From Selaginella moellendorffii (Eukaryota > Plantae > Lycopodiophyta), in contig NW_003314379.1 of NCBI RefSeq assembly GCF_000143415.4, forward strand, positions 406,018-470,017: a DNA stretch of 64,000 bases, in the 5' to 3' direction. The notes beneath the pieces were generated by a model, which ran no database searches, was not told the origin of the DNA, and saw only the letters and a program-made list of their open reading frames with translations. Positions 60,281 to 64,000 of this stretch are shown here, piece by piece; position 1 is the first letter of the stretch, and each line of letters begins with the position of its first letter. A program made the translations under genes and the position numbers.

Positions 60281-60999
60281 CAATGCTCCCAATCCAAGTG
60301 TGGGTGGCACTACCTACTTGGATACCAGGTGTGGCTCAATGGAATCTCGCTCTAAGCCCATGGCTAGAGCACCCAAAGGCGGAAAGCGGGGAGAGTACCC
60401 ATGAGGCCCACGTAGGGCCATAGTGTTTCGAAATGTTATCCCAAAGTCCCAGACTGTGGAAAGGAAGAGGAGTAGCCCTTTGGTGTGGTGACTAAGGACA
60501 CAGTCACACAGTGAGGAAGTCCCAGAAGACCGTGGGACTTAATGGTCGAGCCTATGGGCCTTGATCCAGTGGTAGTGTTGGCGAACACAGCCATAGATAA
60601 AAAGGGACTTGGTGAGGATTGGAAAGGAGATATTGGGGAAGGCTGTTCCCCATGTCTACAGACACCCTAAGGATGCTAAGAAGTGGATCTGGGATGATCA
60701 CTCATGGACAGATGGCCCAGTCTTGGAGAGACGGGATTGCAATGCAGGTGGCGTTGGACCATCAATGTGATCAAGGTGAATGGGCATGGCCTAGCGTAAC
60801 AGGCTGATATGTCGGTGGTACCTTGGGGTGTCAATCATGGGATCGGACATGTGGAACACTTGGACCAAGTGCAAAGGTTGAGTGGCATGGATGTCACTCT
60901 CGAGGTCAGCAAGCCCCAAGTCCTTAATTGGACTTATGGAGGTTGTGAGTGAGACCCTTCCTAGTGGTCGAAAAGGTGGTTAAATGACTAAAGTAGAAT

Positions 61000-63800
61000 G
61001 GAAAAATTAGTCACTTACACTTCAATACTAAAGAAAAAATCATGGCACAACCCACAATATCCTTTTAAACACATCCAGAAGCTAAACTTTATAATGCAAA
61101 ACTAATGAAGAGCAATTCTACATCAATCCAAAAACTAAGTATGACAAAGCTATACTCAACAAATGACTACCAAACCAATCTTCCATGAATCCATTTATAG
61201 CAAGACGTAACTCACTTTGTAACAAGCGCAAGAAAAATCATCAATGATTGATATATCCCAATTCAAATTCAACAAAGATTCAAACATTCCAATATTGATC
61301 ATTAGCTCTTCCTCTCGTAAAGTTAGCATTGTATGTGACTAAATCATTTTTCAAGGAAAAGCTAAAGCTCAACCTCTACTAAACAATCTCATCTAGAACA
61401 CAACTAACTCAACTTGCTACTCAATTCATTTAAATGTTAATATAGTTGCTAACTAGCAAATGCACTAATGTCAATAACATAAAGTTATAACCAAATCATC
61501 AACACTATCTTCATCAAGATTAATGAAACTCAATATCAATCCTATAGAAAGACATCTCATTTCACTTGAAACTCAATATCAATCCTATAGAAAGACATCT
61601 CATTTCACTTGAATCTCAATTTCAACAATATCAACAATAAGGAATTATTTCAATGTTATCAACACCATAATAAAACTAGTAGAAAGCAAGAGTGAACCTC
61701 ACTCAAAGCTCTATAGCAATCAAGCTAACCAAGGTTGAAGATACTTTAGTCAATATTCGAGACCAATCTTTCAACAATACTCAGGTACAGATAACACATC
61801 ATCAAAGAGTGACTCACCATATCCAAGACTCAATGAAATCCAGCACCACAAACTAAATGCAACTAAATGACATTGACAAATGTAGAATCAATATGCCAAC
61901 ATGGAAAACCATGTAAATATATAACATGATCCTCTGCAACACCATTTGGTAAAGCAAACCCATCACTACTAAATCATCATTGAGCGAAGCAAGTACTAAA
62001 ATCCCTCAACAAAGTTTATAAGTAATCATTAGTCACAAAGCAACCAACAATCACTTTTCAACTTACCTTCACAAAACCAAACACTAAACTCATATCATTG
62101 AGTTATATGATTGTCCAACATGAATGTGATACCCCATGTACGAGATAAAGGTTCATAGACAAGCATAAACTAAATGATCACTCAAATCCAACTCAACCGC
62201 AATAAGTTCACCAATACGTTTAACTAATAGCTCTGAGCATGCCTTGAAGAAATTAGCTATGCATGATCAACATTTAGTCAAAACTAAAGTGAAGACTATG
62301 AGATGGACTTATATTGGTACACAACCTCCTCATAGACAAAGCTATAGTATAGGTACTAACATCTAATTAAGTTAGACATCACCATCCTCAACCAAGGTGC
62401 AAAGCTACTAAATCTAAGTCAAGATTAGTGAAAACTCACTACTCTTATAGAGTCTAACAAAATGCAAAGTGCAATTTGCCACCAAGCACAATGTTATAGA
62501 AGAAAGGCACAAAGGTCATCTTTCTAAAAAAGTGCAATAGCCGTTTTTCTATACTAACTCTAGACTCATCTAACTCAATTGTCTTAGCCCTAAAAGTCAG
62601 TATCTTTTTCACATCATACAAATTACTTACTAAGGTCTAAGCTAATTGAAGTCAACTCTAACCCCTTTACTAATTCATACTAACATATGAAAATAGAATG
62701 GTTTTCGAGCAAAATGATCAATAAATCAGCTATTGGAAAAGCCTATAAAAATGGAAATATTTTCCATCCTAAAGAAAGAATGACTCTCAGTACAGGAATA
62801 CAAACTTTCAAAACTCAACCAACTTCCTTCTACTTATAATTTCACATAAGTTCAACTCAACACAAATTTTCATAATATATAGTATGCTTAAGTCTCGAAC
62901 ATCATGCCCATATCTCCAAATCCAACACCGACATCCACAAAAATGCAAAATAAACATTCAATACTTGATTATGAAGACCACATCTTCAGATATCCATATT
63001 GCACTAACACTCTTCTTCAACCACCTTCAAGATCCAATATGAAGCCAAAACACTAACAAGAAAAATGACATGAAAAACTAAGCTCTAAGGAGAATTCCTC
63101 ATTACTTGAAATAATAATGCCACTTCCACTAACACAAGTGCTAACTTTGTCAATGCCTCAACTACACACCTTCTCCATCCAATAATTTACTCTAAGTGCA
63201 ACAGATTTACTGACAAACTATAGCAAATGAATGCTACAACTCTTTTCTAACATTTAATGGGCAAACCCAAGAAACTAAGATACCAACTTAAGCTTAGTAT
63301 AATGAATCACTATTAAGAATCCAGTCGAAGCTACTACAATGCCACTACGTGCAAGTAGCTTCACCATCAACCACTTTAGGGTTGATCATTGTTTAACCAA
63401 GCAACTTTGTAAACACATTGCTCATTATCACATAGATATGATATAAGTATCATAATGATTTGATCATCAATTGAGTAGCACCACAAGCAATGCCCATGTT
63501 ATTATTACAAAGGTTTATGTGAGTATCAAGTGTTAACTCGATTCGACAAAATACAACATATATGCCACACTCCACCGATAAAGATTTATAACACCTAACA
63601 CCACTAATTTTTGTTCACAACACGGACAATTTCATGCCACTATCTTTCCGACGAAACTCAAAACTAATCCAACACCAAGCTACTCAAGGAACAATAGCAA
63701 AGTTTTCCAAAAAAGAATTGAACATTGCAACCCAAGTCTTCAATAGCAAGCCTAGACGAAACGGTTTAGCACTTCACTGCTATCCATCCTATGACTCCCA
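61000..63800 (+). mobile_element. Very decayed retroelement-like sequence (possibly LINE)
   Basis: G-poor, A/C-rich strand, no long ORF; faint RT-like NGFRAK near 62698; 43-bp tandem duplication at ~61524-61610. Confidence 0.3.
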
Positions 63801-64000
63801 CTTGTAAGACCATCATTTCCAATATGCATCAAAGTAGGGACTCTTGATTGCATGATGTGAACATAATGTAAGTGACTAATTTTTCCATTCTACTTTAGTC
63901 ACTTAACCATATCTCCGACCACCTGGAGGAGTTTCATTCACAACCTCCATAAGTCCAATTCAGGACTGGGGGCTTGCCAACCCTGAGAATGGCATCCATG

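Overview
Plant nuclear DNA. Very short GT-AG introns, an intronless F-box/kelch family, a LISCL-type GRAS gene and a Cassandra TRIM point to a non-seed land plant, plausibly Selaginella (inference). Host genes are few: one intact F-box/kelch gene, two kelch pseudogenes, one GRAS gene and a broken kinase-like gene. Three large DNA transposons with readable ends fill most of the window. Element C (4163-17368) is Sola-like with 23-bp TIRs. Elements A (22176-39561) and B (43210-55051) are inverted copies of a Mutator-like element with 7-bp TSDs. A carries a nested Cassandra TRIM and a full-length Ty3/gypsy element. Main observation: these two unrelated transposon superfamilies share a cargo design. 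Each has a spliced gene divergent from the transposase that encodes a ParB/Srx-like domain fused to a degenerate beta-class amino-methyltransferase fold, plus a homologous small SPYYTPG ORF. Each also has its own palindromic DNA motif, often in introns of the ParB gene; I count 26 copies of ATGGCRTGNGGCCNCAYGCCAT across element C. This suggests a transposon-borne parS/ParB-like self-recognition or anti-silencing system. Domain calls are by eye from motifs and need HMM or structure confirmation.
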